Assembly (NCBI RefSeq): GCF_018350175.1 | Contig: NC_058376.1 | Location: 10,354,001 to 10,418,000, forward strand | Direction: 5' to 3' | Length of the DNA stretch: 64,000 nt | From: Felis catus | Taxonomy: Eukaryota | Shown: positions 1 to 12,684 of the stretch, piece after piece | Layout: each line of letters starts with the position of its first letter | Position numbering within the stretch: position 1 is the stretch's first letter | Position numbers and translations under genes: made by a program | The notes under the pieces: generated by a model | The model's database searches: none | What the model saw: only the letters and a program-made list of their open reading frames with translations | What the model was told of the DNA's origin: nothing

Positions 1-1854
1 AAGATAATAAAATAACCATGTTGCTTGAGCCAACATTAATTTCTTTCTGTTCCTTGACATCATAACTGATACAGGCAGAGACTCTGGCAAAAGAGGATTC
101 CAGTGTGGGGTCTCAGAGTAGGAACCTAGCAATGGCTTACCCCCAAGGCTCATCAAAGAGGTAGAGAGGGGACAGGAACTTGCAAAAATATGGAGGAAGT
201 AAAGACCCTCCCCGAATTCTAGGGAAGGATTCCAGTCCCTGAGATGGGGACTGGTGGGGAAATGGGAAGGATCAGAGACAGCATAAAAGGTCAGTTCTGG
301 CTTCTGGAGCAAATGAGTGACGATCGAAACCAGAGACTGGAGAGAGGAAGGACACATTATGTAAGAAGGGAAGGTAAGAGAGGTCCAACTGGACAAAGCA
401 TTTCTTGCACTCATGGGGAATTAATTCCAAGTACCTAAATTATGAATCCCAAGTATCCCAGCCAGTTCATCTTGTGGTTACCAAGTCAGTGCATTCAATG
501 GAGATATGTGATTTATGGTAGTGTCGTCTCCTATCCCACCTCCGGGTAGGCAGAGATGGAGAGATGAGGAATTAGGAGTTCAAATCCATGCAAGGATGGT
601 GAGTCAAGGCCCTTGGAGAATAGCCAAAGGGCTAGACGGTTGAAAGTCTTCAAGGTCTTTACTGGCTCTCTTGGATTTCGATGCAGGGTTGAAGTTCTCT
701 TCACACGAGCTCTCTCTTGCTCCTGCTTCCCAGGAAACACGAAATTTCCACAGTGCAGCTCTGACAAGTAATTTCCCAGAAAAACAGAACTAGAAGGGAG
801 GTGGGGAGATGTTAGAAGATTATAAGTTTTGGTTTCATGAAATCATAGAACCTTTTAAGAAACAGATGTGTTGTCTGGGACTGAGTTCTCAGCATCTCAC
901 TCTACATATTTTTCACATTCTGGTTTTTGTTAATCAATAATAACTATGGTACAGTGATTGTCTTTTTTTTTCTATTTCTTGGCTTATGGTTTGGCCATGG
1001 ACGTTGGGGCCCAATCTTGCCTCAGTCCAGCTTTTCAGCCACCTCAGTTCAAATTTGTCCAGTTACACAACTTCTCTTTTTATCGTTGGTCTCTCTCTGC
1101 CAGGCCTGACCTGAAACCGATGATCGTAAATCTCCTTGACCCAAATCAAGACCGAGAGGAAGAAAAGATGAATTTAGTGGAAAAACACTGGTATCGATCA
1201 AGATTACAGCACTTGCATCTGGGCCTTGGTCTGTGCTTGGCTAGATGTGTGATCCTGGACGAGTAGGTTAACTTCTCCTGTGCGGTGGTTTTCTCATCGC
1301 TGAAAGGAAGTAGAGTCATTGTCTCCAGCCCACTTTACAAGGTTACGGTGGGGATGATTCAACACTGGATTGCCTCAAGTTTTTAAAATACAGTGGGGCA
1401 AAATTAAAGTGAGGCTGTGCGTACGGTTATGGAACCGTAAAGAATGGCCATGATGCTTATTACATAACAAAGCACAGAAGTGCACAACGAGAAAGCCTTC
1501 CAATAAATTGATTCCACTGTTCAAAAGAAAATGTCCCTTTATAGCCCCCAAATTTATCTTTTTTTTTTTTTAGTTTCTGTGTTTATACCCAGCAAAGAGC
1601 CAAGTCAAAAGAATCACAGGGTTTTTTTTTTTCTTATTTTTCATCTTGCTTCATTACTTCTGATCTTACTTCTGACTGCATCACAGAAGCCATTTAAATA
1701 ACTATGTAGTATCTGCTTGACACAGGGCTCAGTGACCACGGTAATAAAAATCGAGTCCACATTCCATATCCAGCATTGTAAAGATTCTGTGGCAAGCATG
1801 GTGCTTTTCAGTCACCGGATATACTTGTCCTATAGAGTTGTTAGTATTTTTAAC

Positions 1855-2146
1855 TGAGCATCTTTATTGAAGTATAGCACACTCAGATTACAACGGTAAA
1901 AACTTCATACACTTTCACAAAATGAGCAAACCCGTACAGATCAGGAAATGGAACATTCTTCAGCACCCCAAATCTTCCCTTGTGTCCCTCCCAGCCACCT
2001 CCTTCTGCTCCCCAAAGATAACAACTACCTGACTACCCTCACTATGGATTCAATTTGCCTTTTATTGAACTTGAAATAAATGGAATCACGGAATTTGTGC
2101 TTGTCATGGTATGTGCATCCTTCTTTCAATATTTGATTTGTAAGAT

Positions 2147-2186
<40 letters not shown>

Positions 2187-3480
2187 CAATAATTCATGTA
2201 TTTATTTTCATTATTTTATAGCATTCACAGTATGGATATGCAATGTATTCATTCTACTGCTGATGGGCATTTGAGGCCATCAGGGATATGTCGCTATAAG
2301 TATTCTTCTACATGACATTTCCTGCCCATATCTGCAATCCAGTTATGTACCCAAAAAAGGAGTGCAATTTCTAGCCAAAGGGTATGTGTACGTTCAACTT
2401 TATTAATTACCCCCAAACATTTTTCCCAAATGATAGTACTCACGCTCTCGCTAGTCGTGTGGGAAAGCTGGAGTTCCGAAAACCCCTCATCCCCCCTGAC
2501 ACTTGCAATTTTAATGCCATCCAACTTGTCAATGGTTTTCTTAATGATTAATAATTTTTATGTCCTGATTAGGAACTCTTGGCCTAGGGGCGCCTCGGGT
2601 GGCTCGGTCAGTTAAGCATCCAACTTTGGCTCAAGTCACGATTGCACGTTTCATGGATTTGAGCCCCACGTAGGGGTCTCAGCTGTCAGCACAGAGGCCA
2701 CTTTGGTTCCTCCGCCCCTATCTCTCTGCCCCTCCCACTCTCCTGCTCTCGCTCTCTCAAAATAAATAATTGCTTTTTTAAAAAAAGAAAGAAATCTTTG
2801 CCTAGATCATAAAGGCAACGAATATATTACCTTACGTTATCCTTCAGAAGCTTAACAATTTAACTTTTCACATTTAGTACTAACACTCACCTGCAGTTAA
2901 TGTGTGTGCATAGAGTGAGGTAAGGGTTGAAAGTTATTTTTTTTTTAATGTGGATATTCTTACGAATATTTATAAGACCATCCTTTTTCCACCGGATGTG
3001 CTTACTTCCATTGTATCATTTTTCTTCTTTCCTCCTCTCTCTCTCTCTCTCTCTTTTTTCCATTCATACATTTTTCCAAGATAAGTTGTGCTAATGTAGA
3101 CTACGTACCTTGGCACTGATATCATACCATTTCAAAAATTGTAGCTTTATCATAAATCTTGAAATCTAGTCTATAAATCTTCCAATTTCGTTCTTCTTGA
3201 CGATAAACTTGACTCTTCTTGGCTTTTTGCATTTTTACATATATCTTAATATCAGCTTGTCAATTTCCACACACATAAATACAAACTATTTGTGAGTTTC
3301 ATTTGGTTGTATTGACTTGAAAGTTCAGTTTAAATAAATTGTCATTTTTTTATAATATTGATCCTTCTAATGCATCAAAATTAATGATTGTTTTGTATTT
3401 ATTTTCATTTATTTATCTCCTTTTCAATTTCTCCCCCCCCAAATGTGTAGTTTATAATCTTTCCTCTGCTTTCATTTGCT
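1855..3480 (-). mobile_element. Old L1M 3' fragments, interrupted by (TG)n and a SINE
   Basis: Typical antisense L1 3' UTR text (TTTATTGAAGTATA...; CATTTCCTGCCC...GGAGTGCAATTTCTAG). Confidence 0.65.
2587..2790 (+). mobile_element. Can-SINE (SINEC)
   Basis: GGGGCGCC..GGGTGGCTC head, (CT)n, A tail, degenerate TSD ...CTT(G/T)GCCTAG. Confidence 0.92.
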
Positions 3481-3539
3481 TGTTTTCTATTGACAAATAT
3501 TCCAGATAACTAATCTGCCTTTAAACTGTATAATCTGCT

Positions 3540-4430
3540 AGTAAACATATCTATTGCATAATTAATTTCAGATATTTTTTTTAATTTCCTGATTTTCTAT
3601 TTAATCCCATTTCCACTGAAGTTATACATTCTAGTTCTGTGGTAAAACTCTTTGTCTTGTCATCTGTTTTGTTTAACACATTAATCATAGTTTTCTCAAT
3701 TAATATGCATCTGGAAGTTCCAAAATCGTGGGGGTGTTCTGTTTGCTTTTCTCTCCCTCTCTTTTGGTACTATTTTTAGTATGTCTGGTAATTTTTACTG
3801 AATCCTAAACATCATTTATGGGGGGAAAATGCAAAATTTCTGGATGATCTTATCTAACTTCAAAAGAATTCTCTTTAGCTCCTTGGAAATGGGTAACATA
3901 GAAGCAGATCCCTTAATCCAATGAGGGAGGGAGCTGGTTCGAAATTGGATTTTAGTCTTCACAGGGTTTTCTCTCATTTCTGACCTGCTTTCATTCTTTA
4001 AATACAGTGCTTAAGGAGGGTCCCAACCGGGTTGCTAACTAGGCCTCTTTCCTTTGGAAATCTTCGTATTACAATGTCTTTTTACCTCCAGGATCATGAG
4101 ATATCCAATAGTTCCCTGTGGAGTTTTTCTCTTAGCAACTGATTTCTCTTTTGCTTACCTATCTCTCAACCTGAACTATGTAAGAATCAATAAAAACCAA
4201 TAGGCAGAAAGCAGCTCAGGGCATGGGTCTCACTTCTCTGAGCTTACCTTTTCTCCGAAATGTTGACCCCTTGAGTTCTGATTGCCTTAGTAGAACTGAA
4301 CATCAATTTTTATCTCCCCAGGCCTATGGGATTACCAAAAGCTCTGCTCAGATTCTTTTCCTCTTTACCCTTGAGTTATTCTTGCCTTGTTTTCTCAGCC
4401 TCTTTGCCCAGGATATGACTAGGCAGGCAC
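3540..4430 (-). mobile_element. Possible old L1M fragment
   Basis: T-rich degraded L1-like composition; family uncertain. Confidence 0.35.
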
Positions 4431-4892
4431 CTTAGGGAGAAATCAGCTCGGAATGTAGCTTCCCCTCAGTGACTGACCTTTCTCTCCAAGATATTAGACC
4501 CTCAAATCTAGTCCATTTTAGTAACTCTTTATGCATACGTGTGTGTGCGTGCACATCCATGTGTGTGACCATACTCTATACAAGCCTTCTTTGTTCTCGA
4601 CAACAGGATTGGTCTGTTTCAAACTAGTCCTTCAGAGCTATTAGCTGAAGCCCTATCTTAAAGATTGAAAAAAACAAAGAATACAAAGACTCACACTAAC
4701 CTTCCCGTTATTTTTTTTTTTTCACTTAAGATAGCCAGGAGGACAGAATTTGAAGAAAAGTCTTGGAATTACCAAATTTCTCAATAGAATTCCATGACAC
4801 TGATCAAGCACTGACACATGTCAGGCATAAAATGCGTTCTGTTTTTAAGGTCCTTCCACATATTAAGCTATGAATGTTTAAATTACCGTAGA

Positions 4893-5277
4893 TGTGGTAG
4901 TCATTGCTTCTGGTTTCCAAATATTCTAATTCCTCCCCCTTCTGCAAGAGTGCCTATCTTGGCTCCCCTGTGGTAGGGAATGACTAGTTCTGGCCAATGT
5001 GTTTTGAGTATAAGTAAAGTGTGTCACTTTATGGCTGGAGCATTTCCTTCCCCCACTGATGCCCTTTGGAGATCTCTTTTCATTTTTCTGCCACAGTGAC
5101 CATATAAATGTTCCAGATAGTGCTGTGTCCCAGAGTAAAAATAATGACAACATAGATCAGAGCCACTACCCGAGCCTCAGAGGCTGAACAGCGTGGGTAA
5201 GAAATTAACCTTGTTTTAAACTACTGAGATTGTAGAATTGTTTGTTACTGCAACTAACCCAGCCTATCCTGACTGAT
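4893..5277 (+). mobile_element. MLT1-type (MaLR) solo LTR
   Basis: Ends AAATTAACCTTGTTTTAAACTACTGAGATT...CCAGCCTATCCTGACTGATA, a typical MLT1 3' end. Confidence 0.75.
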
Positions 5278-5520
5278 AAATTAAAGAAGGTAAGAACTGT
5301 CTATAGTCCCATGTGACTGATAAAACTAACAAGATTCAGATGCTTGCCCCGAAAACTCCTGATGCATATGAAGAATGTCTTATTTATTTCTACTGGCCAT
5401 TTATCTAGTATGCTTTCACTAAACTATTCAACACAGAAAACGTCTGAAGAATTTTTTAAACCACTACATGAATGACCGAATTAACCCCTTTGTGTGAATT
5501 GGTCTTAGAAAACAGGAAAG

Positions 5521-5662
5521 AGGAGCGCCTGGGTGGTTCAGTTGGTTCGGTGTCTGATTCTTGATTTCGGCTCAGGTCACGATCTCACTGTTCATGAGTT
5601 TTAGCCTCACATCAGGCTCTGTACGGAAAGCACGGAGCCTGCTTGGGATTCTCTCTCTCTGC

Positions 5663-5703
<41 letters not shown>

Positions 5704-5731
5704 ATAAATAAACTTAAACAATTTTTTTAAA
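5521..5731 (+). mobile_element. Can-SINE
   Basis: Head, (CT)n, A tail. Confidence 0.92.
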
Positions 5732-5751
5732 GAGAGAACAAGAAAGAAGGA

Positions 5752-5995
5752 TGGTGCGTGGGTGACTCAGTTGGTTGAGCATCCAACGCTTGATTTCAGT
5801 TCAGATCATAATCCCAGGGTCGTGGGATTAAGCCCCATGTCAGGCTCAGTGCTGAGCATGAAGCCTGCTTAAGATTCCTTCTCTTTCTCCCTCTGTCCCT
5901 CTCTTCAGCTGATGCTCTCTCTCTCTCTCTCTCTCTCTCTCAATCTCTAAAAAATTTTTTTAAAAAATTTTTTTAAAGAAAGAAAAAAAAATCAG
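5752..5995 (+). mobile_element. Older Can-SINE, tandem to the previous copy
   Basis: GGGTGACTCAGTTGG head, (CT)n, A-rich tail. Confidence 0.88.
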
Positions 5996-6004
5996 AAAGA
6001 AGAG

Positions 6005-6200
6005 AAATATGGATTCAAATCCTGGTTCTGTCACTATCTGTGTATGACCCTGAGCTAGTATCTGAATTTCTTCAAGCCTCTGCTTCTTGAACAGTAAAAT
6101 GAGAAAAATAATGCCAACCTCTAGCCATTGTTATGACAATTAAATGAGATGACATATGTTATCTTATTAGCAACACCACTGGCACAGAGTAATACGCAAA
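6005..6200 (+). mobile_element. MIR
   Basis: GGATTCAAATCCTGGTTCTGTCACT...AGTAAAATGAG core. Confidence 0.75.
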
Positions 6201-6520
6201 AGTGGCAGCTATCATTATGATCCCTCAAAAACTAGTGGGAAGAAAGCAAAATGTAAGAAGCAGTGTGGGTTGGGGGGGGAGTCAATAATTCAGAAGTCAC
6301 TCGTGCATTCCTTCCATTGTTACATCAAAGCCTAAGAAAATGAGCCTAGAGAACAAAGCAAATCTAGCTTACAGAAAAATAGATCAAAAGCTAAAAAATG
6401 GAATCCTTTAATCCATTCAAGGGACTATAAAATTAAAATATGAAGTGTTAATACATGCGTGTATGTGTTAGATATATGTGAGATACAATTGAAATTTGAG
6501 ACTTGCGTGCGATGCATGGG

Positions 6521-6612
6521 TAGATGATAGATGATAGATAGATGATAGATAGGTAGATAGATGATAGATAGATAGATAGATACATAGATAGATAGATGAT
6601 AGATAGCTGATA
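6521..6612. repeat. (GATA)n/(GAT)n microsatellite
   Basis: Direct reading. Confidence 0.95.
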
Positions 6613-6924
6613 GGCAAAGTAACAGTTAGTGGCTAGGTATTAAATATAAAGACCACACGCAAAGATATTGGCAAAGCTCTTTTGAATAGAGTCACCTTGG
6701 CTGCTGGGACATAGGGTCATTAAACGGAAAAGATTCACGGCCCAGAAAAATATACATCATCTCTATATGCCAGTGGTGGCATGAAATTTTTAAAGATTCA
6801 TCTTAAAGACACTATGGTATAAGCAAATGTTTCTGACCACTGATGTTAACAAAACTTTTCCAAGAAAGCAACTCTTTGTTCTCAAAGTGAGGGGGTGATG
6901 AAATGCTGGTGCGATCTTTCTCCC

Positions 6925-7230
6925 TAAAGGCTGGAATGGGCTGGACATTCAAGATGGCCACTCACAGTATTGGCAACCGTGGTCCGTATTGGCCGGTGGT
7001 CACTTAGCACTGCTGACTTGGTCTACACATGGCTTCAGCGTGGCAGCTAGGTTCTAGAGGCCAAGGCAGTAGGTACTAGTCCTCTTAAAGGCTAAGTCCA
7101 GAGCTGGCATAGCATCACTTCTGCCAAACCGCATTGGGCCAAGTAGCTCCATGCCACCTTCTATTCAAGTGGAGAAGAAACAGGCCCTCTTCCTGATGGG
7201 GGAGGCACCAAAGAATTTGCAACCGTCTTC
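6925..7230 (-). mobile_element. MLT1-type LTR fragment
   Basis: CAAGATGGCCACTCAC...GCATCACTTCTGCC...CAAAGAATTTGC antisense MLT1 pattern. Confidence 0.65.
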
Positions 7231-9860
7231 ATTTTGCACAATCTGGTACGTAGAAAGCACCACACAAATATCTTTTTAACAAGTGGATGATTCAGTAGTT
7301 GGCTGCCTTACATTGTTCCTTGAGCCTGTTTTCTCTTCCTTCACCTCCAAACGTATCCATTTCCCACATGTTCCCAACTTTAAAATCTTTTACTCCCACC
7401 CTCCCTTTGTATCTTCCTTCCTTTTTTTCCCTTCTTACCAATTTGTCTCTAAATTATTCTCTTTTCATCCACCCACCCCCGCAACAAACACACTCCCACG
7501 ACAAGAGACTACAGTAGTTAACGAGAGAGACACGGAGACTCGGGCGCATGCCGTTGGTATGGATGCTTCTGGAAGTCATGTGTTTGTAAGTTGGCAATGC
7601 CTCCTTTGAAGCTTGGAAGAGAAAAGAAAGAAAACAGCAGACGCACATTTTTCTTCATTGTACAAATTTGTGGTTTCAAGTCTACACTTTGCAAAATATG
7701 ATTTTCCCTTTGCAAATTAAAGAAAAAAAGACTGAGGAGATCTGTAAATCACAGAGGCATCATTGAGCAACATCTTGATGATTTAAGTGTAAATGGATAA
7801 GAAACATATGGATTTCATTCCACGCAAAGCACACATATTGGAAATGAGTGGGGGAAGCATCTGGTAAAACGTGTTTTTGGTTTGATAGAATTCGGACCGC
7901 TTGGGAGGTGTAGTTCAGGACATTAGCAACCCAAATGCCAAGTGCAGGCTGAGTTCATTTCATCCTGCTGCCAAAGCAGAGCTGGGGTTTCATTCACATT
8001 CAAATGCACCTCTCTCGCATGGTTTTTTCTTCTTCACATTATATAGACTTGGCAAAATTTGGAGATTCCTTCCACTTTGGGTTCCTATGAGCTCCATGTC
8101 CTGGCACGAGGAAAGTAATCTAATACAAAATGACATAAAGTTTGGAAAAACCGACAATTTGATCTCATGTTCACTTTAATATGGAAAGGTTGAATAACCT
8201 TCAATTACGATGCACTCCAATTTACATCTTCTCGATGAAAGGCCAGGGGCTGCTGAAGCCAGGTAAGCTGGGAAGATTCCAGCATCCGGGGAGGGTGGGG
8301 GAGGCGGGGGAAGGGGTTCTCCCCAGGATGCGAACAGCCCTGCAAGGATTGAAGGGTGTAGAAGATTTCACATCGACACGATCATCTACCTCTCTTCCCG
8401 TTTTGTATTAAGTTAATTCACAAGACAAACTTAAAAAAAAAAAAAAAGAAAAAAAGAGGAAAACCAAAGAACCACTTTACTCTGAACCGGACATCAAATA
8501 TTTGAGAAGGGGAGATCACTAAGTCTAATCACAAGAACTAAGGATAGGGAGAGAGAGGAAAGGCAGGTAGAGAGATGATCAGAGACGCTACATTGCAGTA
8601 AGGCTGTCAGATCCTGTCCCCACATGAGATAACAAATTTCAAAGTGTGTCTGCCTGACGCTCCATCCAACCCCAACAGCCATCTGTAAATGGAACCGACA
8701 CCATCTCGGTTGACCTGTACTCTTGTAGATACTTTGTGTCTTCGCCTGCTATCACTCCCCTAACTCTGGCCATTCTCACATCTCACGGGGATCCTGCAAC
8801 TGTTGACCCAGGCCCCGACCCCCACCTCCAACTCACCTGGACAGAACAGCGAGAGCCCTCTTCTCGAAAGGTAAGTCTGGTCATGTTACCCCCCAGCTCA
8901 ACAGCCTTCAGGGGCTCCCCAGTGCTCTCAGCCTAAGGTGTGACTGCTATCATATCTCAGCCGAGGTGCGGCGTGGGTCAGTCCTCAAGATCACCCCTCT
9001 GTCCTCATCTCTCCATGATCATGAGCCTCGCATTCTATTTTCCAGCCACAATGACTTTATTTCAGTCTCTCAAACTTCCCATGGTCTTTTACCCTAAGCT
9101 TTTTCTCTGCCAGGGAGGTTTGTCCTTCCTCTCCCTTTCTCATTTCCCTTGGTTCACACCTATTTTCCTCCAAGTCTGGAGGAAATGTTCCCAGACTTCC
9201 AGGACATCAACTGAGGCCCCGTGGGTGTTCTCTCAACTGCCCATACACGCCTCAGGATGTCATAACTGCCACCTTGATTTGATCTAGATCGACGGGTCAA
9301 CTCTAAACTCCGTGACGGCGGGGGGGGCACAGCTATCCCATCCACTCTCATATCTCCAGCATATGGTACAAATACCTGGCACTTAACAGGTGCTCAGAAA
9401 TATTTGAAGGACAAGCCTAAATTTTAAGTCTGCACCATTATGTAAATGTGCTAGTTCATCTTAAACGTCAAGTTGGCTGGGTTATGGTGCACAGCTGTCT
9501 GGCCCAACACCAGGCTAGATGTCGCTGTGAAGGCGTTTTTTTGGACGTGATTAGCATTGAAAACAGTAGACTTTGAGGAAAACAGATTATTCCCCATAAC
9601 GCGGGTGAACCCCATCCCATCAGTTGAAGGTGTTAAGAACAAAGACTGAGATTCTCCAAAGAGAGAAATGAATGATCTCAAGACTACATAGCATAGACAT
9701 CCTGCCTGCGTCTCCAGCCTGCTGGCTTGTGGAATTAGGACTCAAGACTGTGACCTCACCTCTCACCTGACTCTCCAGCCTGCCAGTCTGGCCTGCAGAT
9801 TTCAGACGTGCTGGGCCCACACTCACATGAGACAACTCCTTAAAAATTAATCTCTCCCAA

Positions 9861-10085
9861 GAGGCGCCTGGGTGGCTCAGTCGGATGAGCATCCGACTTT
9901 GGCTCAGGTCATGATCTCATGGTTTGTGAGGTCAAGCCCCATGTCGGGCTCTGTGCTGACAGCTCAGGGCCTGGAGCCTGCTTCGGATTCTCTCTCTCTC
10001 GTTTCTCTGCTCCTCCCCTGCTCACCCTCTGTCTCTCTCTCAAAAACAAAGGTTTTTTAAAAATTTTTAAAAATTAAAAAAAAAA
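9861..10085 (+). mobile_element. Can-SINE
   Basis: Full head, body and tail; flanked by AATTAATCTCTCCC. Confidence 0.93.
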
Positions 10086-10100
10086 AATTAATCTCTCCCA

Positions 10101-10314
10101 GGGCACCTGGGTGGCTCAGTCGGTTAAGAATCCGACTTCGGCTCAGGTCATGATCTTGTGGTCAGTGAGTTTAAGCTCCGCATCCAGCTCTGTGCTGACA
10201 GCTCAGAGCTTGGAGCCTGCTTCGGATTCTGTCTCCCTCTCTCTCTGCCCCTCCCCAGCTCACACTGTTCTCGCTGTCTCCCAAAAATGAATAAATGTTA
10301 AAAAAATTTTTTTT
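10101..10314 (+). mobile_element. Can-SINE
   Basis: Full head, body and tail; flanked by AATTAATCTCTCCC. Confidence 0.93.
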
Positions 10315-10923
10315 AATTAATCTCTCCCTCCCTCTGTCTCTCTCTTTCTCCCCACTAATGGTCCTGTTTCTCTGGAGAACCCTAACACAGTAAAAAAAAA
10401 AAAAAAATGTACATCATCAATTTCTATTTTGACCCTCTCCTCATTCGGTGGGACAGAAACCTCATTTTCTCCGGATGAGCAGCGCCCTCATGCCCAGAGT
10501 CAAAGCTCAAGGCTATGCCTTTTGTTCCAGGCCAGGACACAGGATGCCACGGTGGGCCCTGCGTCTCGGGTAAGCTTCCATTTCCGGGCTCCAGTCTGCC
10601 GAGGTGGCCGTCATCCATCCCACGTGGCCTTACATCGTGTTTGCCACACAGAGCTTCTTTCTCTTTAGGCATGGCTCTCCCTCCCTCGCCTGTCTCGATG
10701 CCCCTCTGGGGCCCACAGGCACCATTTTGTTGAATCTAGAACTTGGGAGCACAGAGACTGCCGGAGAACTGTCTGCCTCGGGAACCCAAACAGCTCTTTG
10801 GTTTTGAGGTCTTCCTTCCTTCCCAGCACTTTATCCAGGAAAGAAGGTCCTACCCAAAGTCTAAACCCAGAAAGACTCAGTGACTCTCTCTCAGGGACAC
10901 GTCAACACCTAAGCTGCCCTCAC

Positions 10924-11359
10924 TGTAGAGGGTAGCTGCCAACAAAATATGTGTACGAACCAACCACAACAACCTGTGAATATGAGCTTCTTCGGAACAA
11001 GGATCTTTGCAAGGAATCTCCAGATGAGATCATCCTGGATTATCTGGGTGAACCCTAAGCCCAGTGCTGTGTCCTTATAAGAGACAGAAGAGGAACCGAC
11101 AAAGACAGAGAAGGAGAAGCCACGTGAAGACAGAGGCAGAGACCGAAGAGACGGAGCCCTGAGTCGGGGGACACCAGGAGTCCTCAGAAGCCAGAAGTGG
11201 CAAGAAAAGATTCCCCCCTATGAACTTCAGAGGGGGTGTGGTCCTGCTGACCCCTGGATTTTGGACCTCTGGCCTCCAGAACTATAAAGGGAATAAGTTT
11301 CTGTTATTCTAAGCCACCTACTTGGTGCCTTGGAACAGCTGTCTCAGAAAAGTGAGACA
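10924..11359 (+). mobile_element. MLT1B/C-like solo LTR
   Basis: GATGAGATCATCCTGGATTA...CTCCAGAACT...TTCTGTTATTCTAAGCCACC. Confidence 0.85.
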
Positions 11360-11756
11360 GCCACTGATTGCCTTCCCTTTCGGGGGATCCTTTTGTGGTC
11401 AAGACCCAGGGTAGTAGGCTATTCTTACTCATCCTGAACATCTCCTGATCTAATAATGTATATGCCAGGAATCTTTTCCATTCCCCTCTGGGACTCAGCT
11501 CCTGGAACTCAGAACGTCAGTGAGAAACTCGCTGACTAAGCCAGAGGGGGTGAGCAAAATGGGTAAAAAGTATTACACCAGGGAAATCATTTTCAAGCGA
11601 TCACTCCTGAGAACTTTAAGGAACATCTTTTTTTTTTTGTCTGTTTTTTGTTTCTTTCTAAAATTGTCCTAAATCCTCACTTAGAGGGTAATCAGTCCAA
11701 CAGACACATGGCTTAGGAATTCATCCCAATGCTGTTGCCTTAAAGATGGAAATCGA

Positions 11757-11985
11757 GGGGCGCCTGGGTGGCGCAGTCGGTTAAGCGTCCGACTTCAGCC
11801 AGGTCACGATCTCGCGGTCCGTGAGTTCGAGCCCCGCGTCGGGCTCTGGGCTGATGGCTCGGAGCCTGGAGCCTGTTTCCGATTCTGTGTCTCCCTCTCT
11901 CTCTGCCCCTCCCCCGTTCATGCTCTGTCTCTCTCTGTCCCAAAAATAAATAAAAAACGTTGAAAAAAAAATTAAAAAAAAAAAA
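11757..11985 (+). mobile_element. Young SINEC_Fc-type element
   Basis: CpGs intact and nearly identical to the copies at 19111 and 20012. Confidence 0.96.
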
Positions 11986-12507
11986 CATATTAAAAAAAGA
12001 AAAAATACAAGTACCTACACAAACTCTTGGGTCCAGATTCATAGAAAACTGGACTTAGAAGGACACATACCAAAACTTTCATGGTAGTTATCTCTAATTG
12101 ATGGCATTTTATGGGTAATAAATATTTTCTCTTCCCCCACATTTTTCAAATTTTCTGTACAGTACACTCATAATCAGAAAAGAAAAAAAAACAACTATGT
12201 GGTATGGCCTTGGGTGACTTTTCCTGCTCGCTTATTGGCAGATTGGAGATAACAACTTTTTGAGATCAAAGGAGAAAATCCACACAAAAGTGCTTTAGAA
12301 GCATTAGTGTTTTATAGCACTAAGCTATAGAAATCTTAACTTCAGAAATCGGTGTTTTCTTTGCGAACGTATTACAACCAAGATATGGGAAATCGGTGTT
12401 GGGCGGAAACGGAAGTTTTAGCACAAAGTAAAAAGTTCAGTTGGTCTCTGTGTATTCTTGGCTGTGTATTTGGGATGCGGTGTGTGAGTATAGGTATTGA
12501 ATATGGC

Positions 12508-12684
12508 CAGGGCTGGCCTCACGGGCATGCGACCCACGTGGTCCTACAGATTTCTGTTCTCAGAAGGGCCTCACCCTTGGTTTAATGGCCTGTTGTCACC
12601 ATCTCGAAATTTTTAATACGTTTTGAACAAGGGACCCGCATTTTCACTTTGTACCGGGCCTCACCAATTATATAGTCTGTCACG
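12508..12684 (+). mobile_element. MER91A-like hAT DNA transposon fossil
   Basis: CAGGGCTGGCCTCACGGGCATGCGACC...CTCAGAAGGGCC...TTTGAACAAGGGACCC. Confidence 0.7.

Larger units (their letters stand above)
9447..10390 (+). mobile_element. MLT2 (ERVL) solo LTR split by two SINEs
   Basis: TGTGCTAGTTCATCTTAAACGTCAAGTTGGCTGG start; GTTTCTCTGGAGAACCCTAACAC end. Confidence 0.85.

Noticed and set aside
11740-12042. Recurrent peptides such as ETEHERGRGRERGRHRIGNRLQA and MAQSVKRPT
   Set aside because: Translations of Can-SINE sequence, not a gene family.
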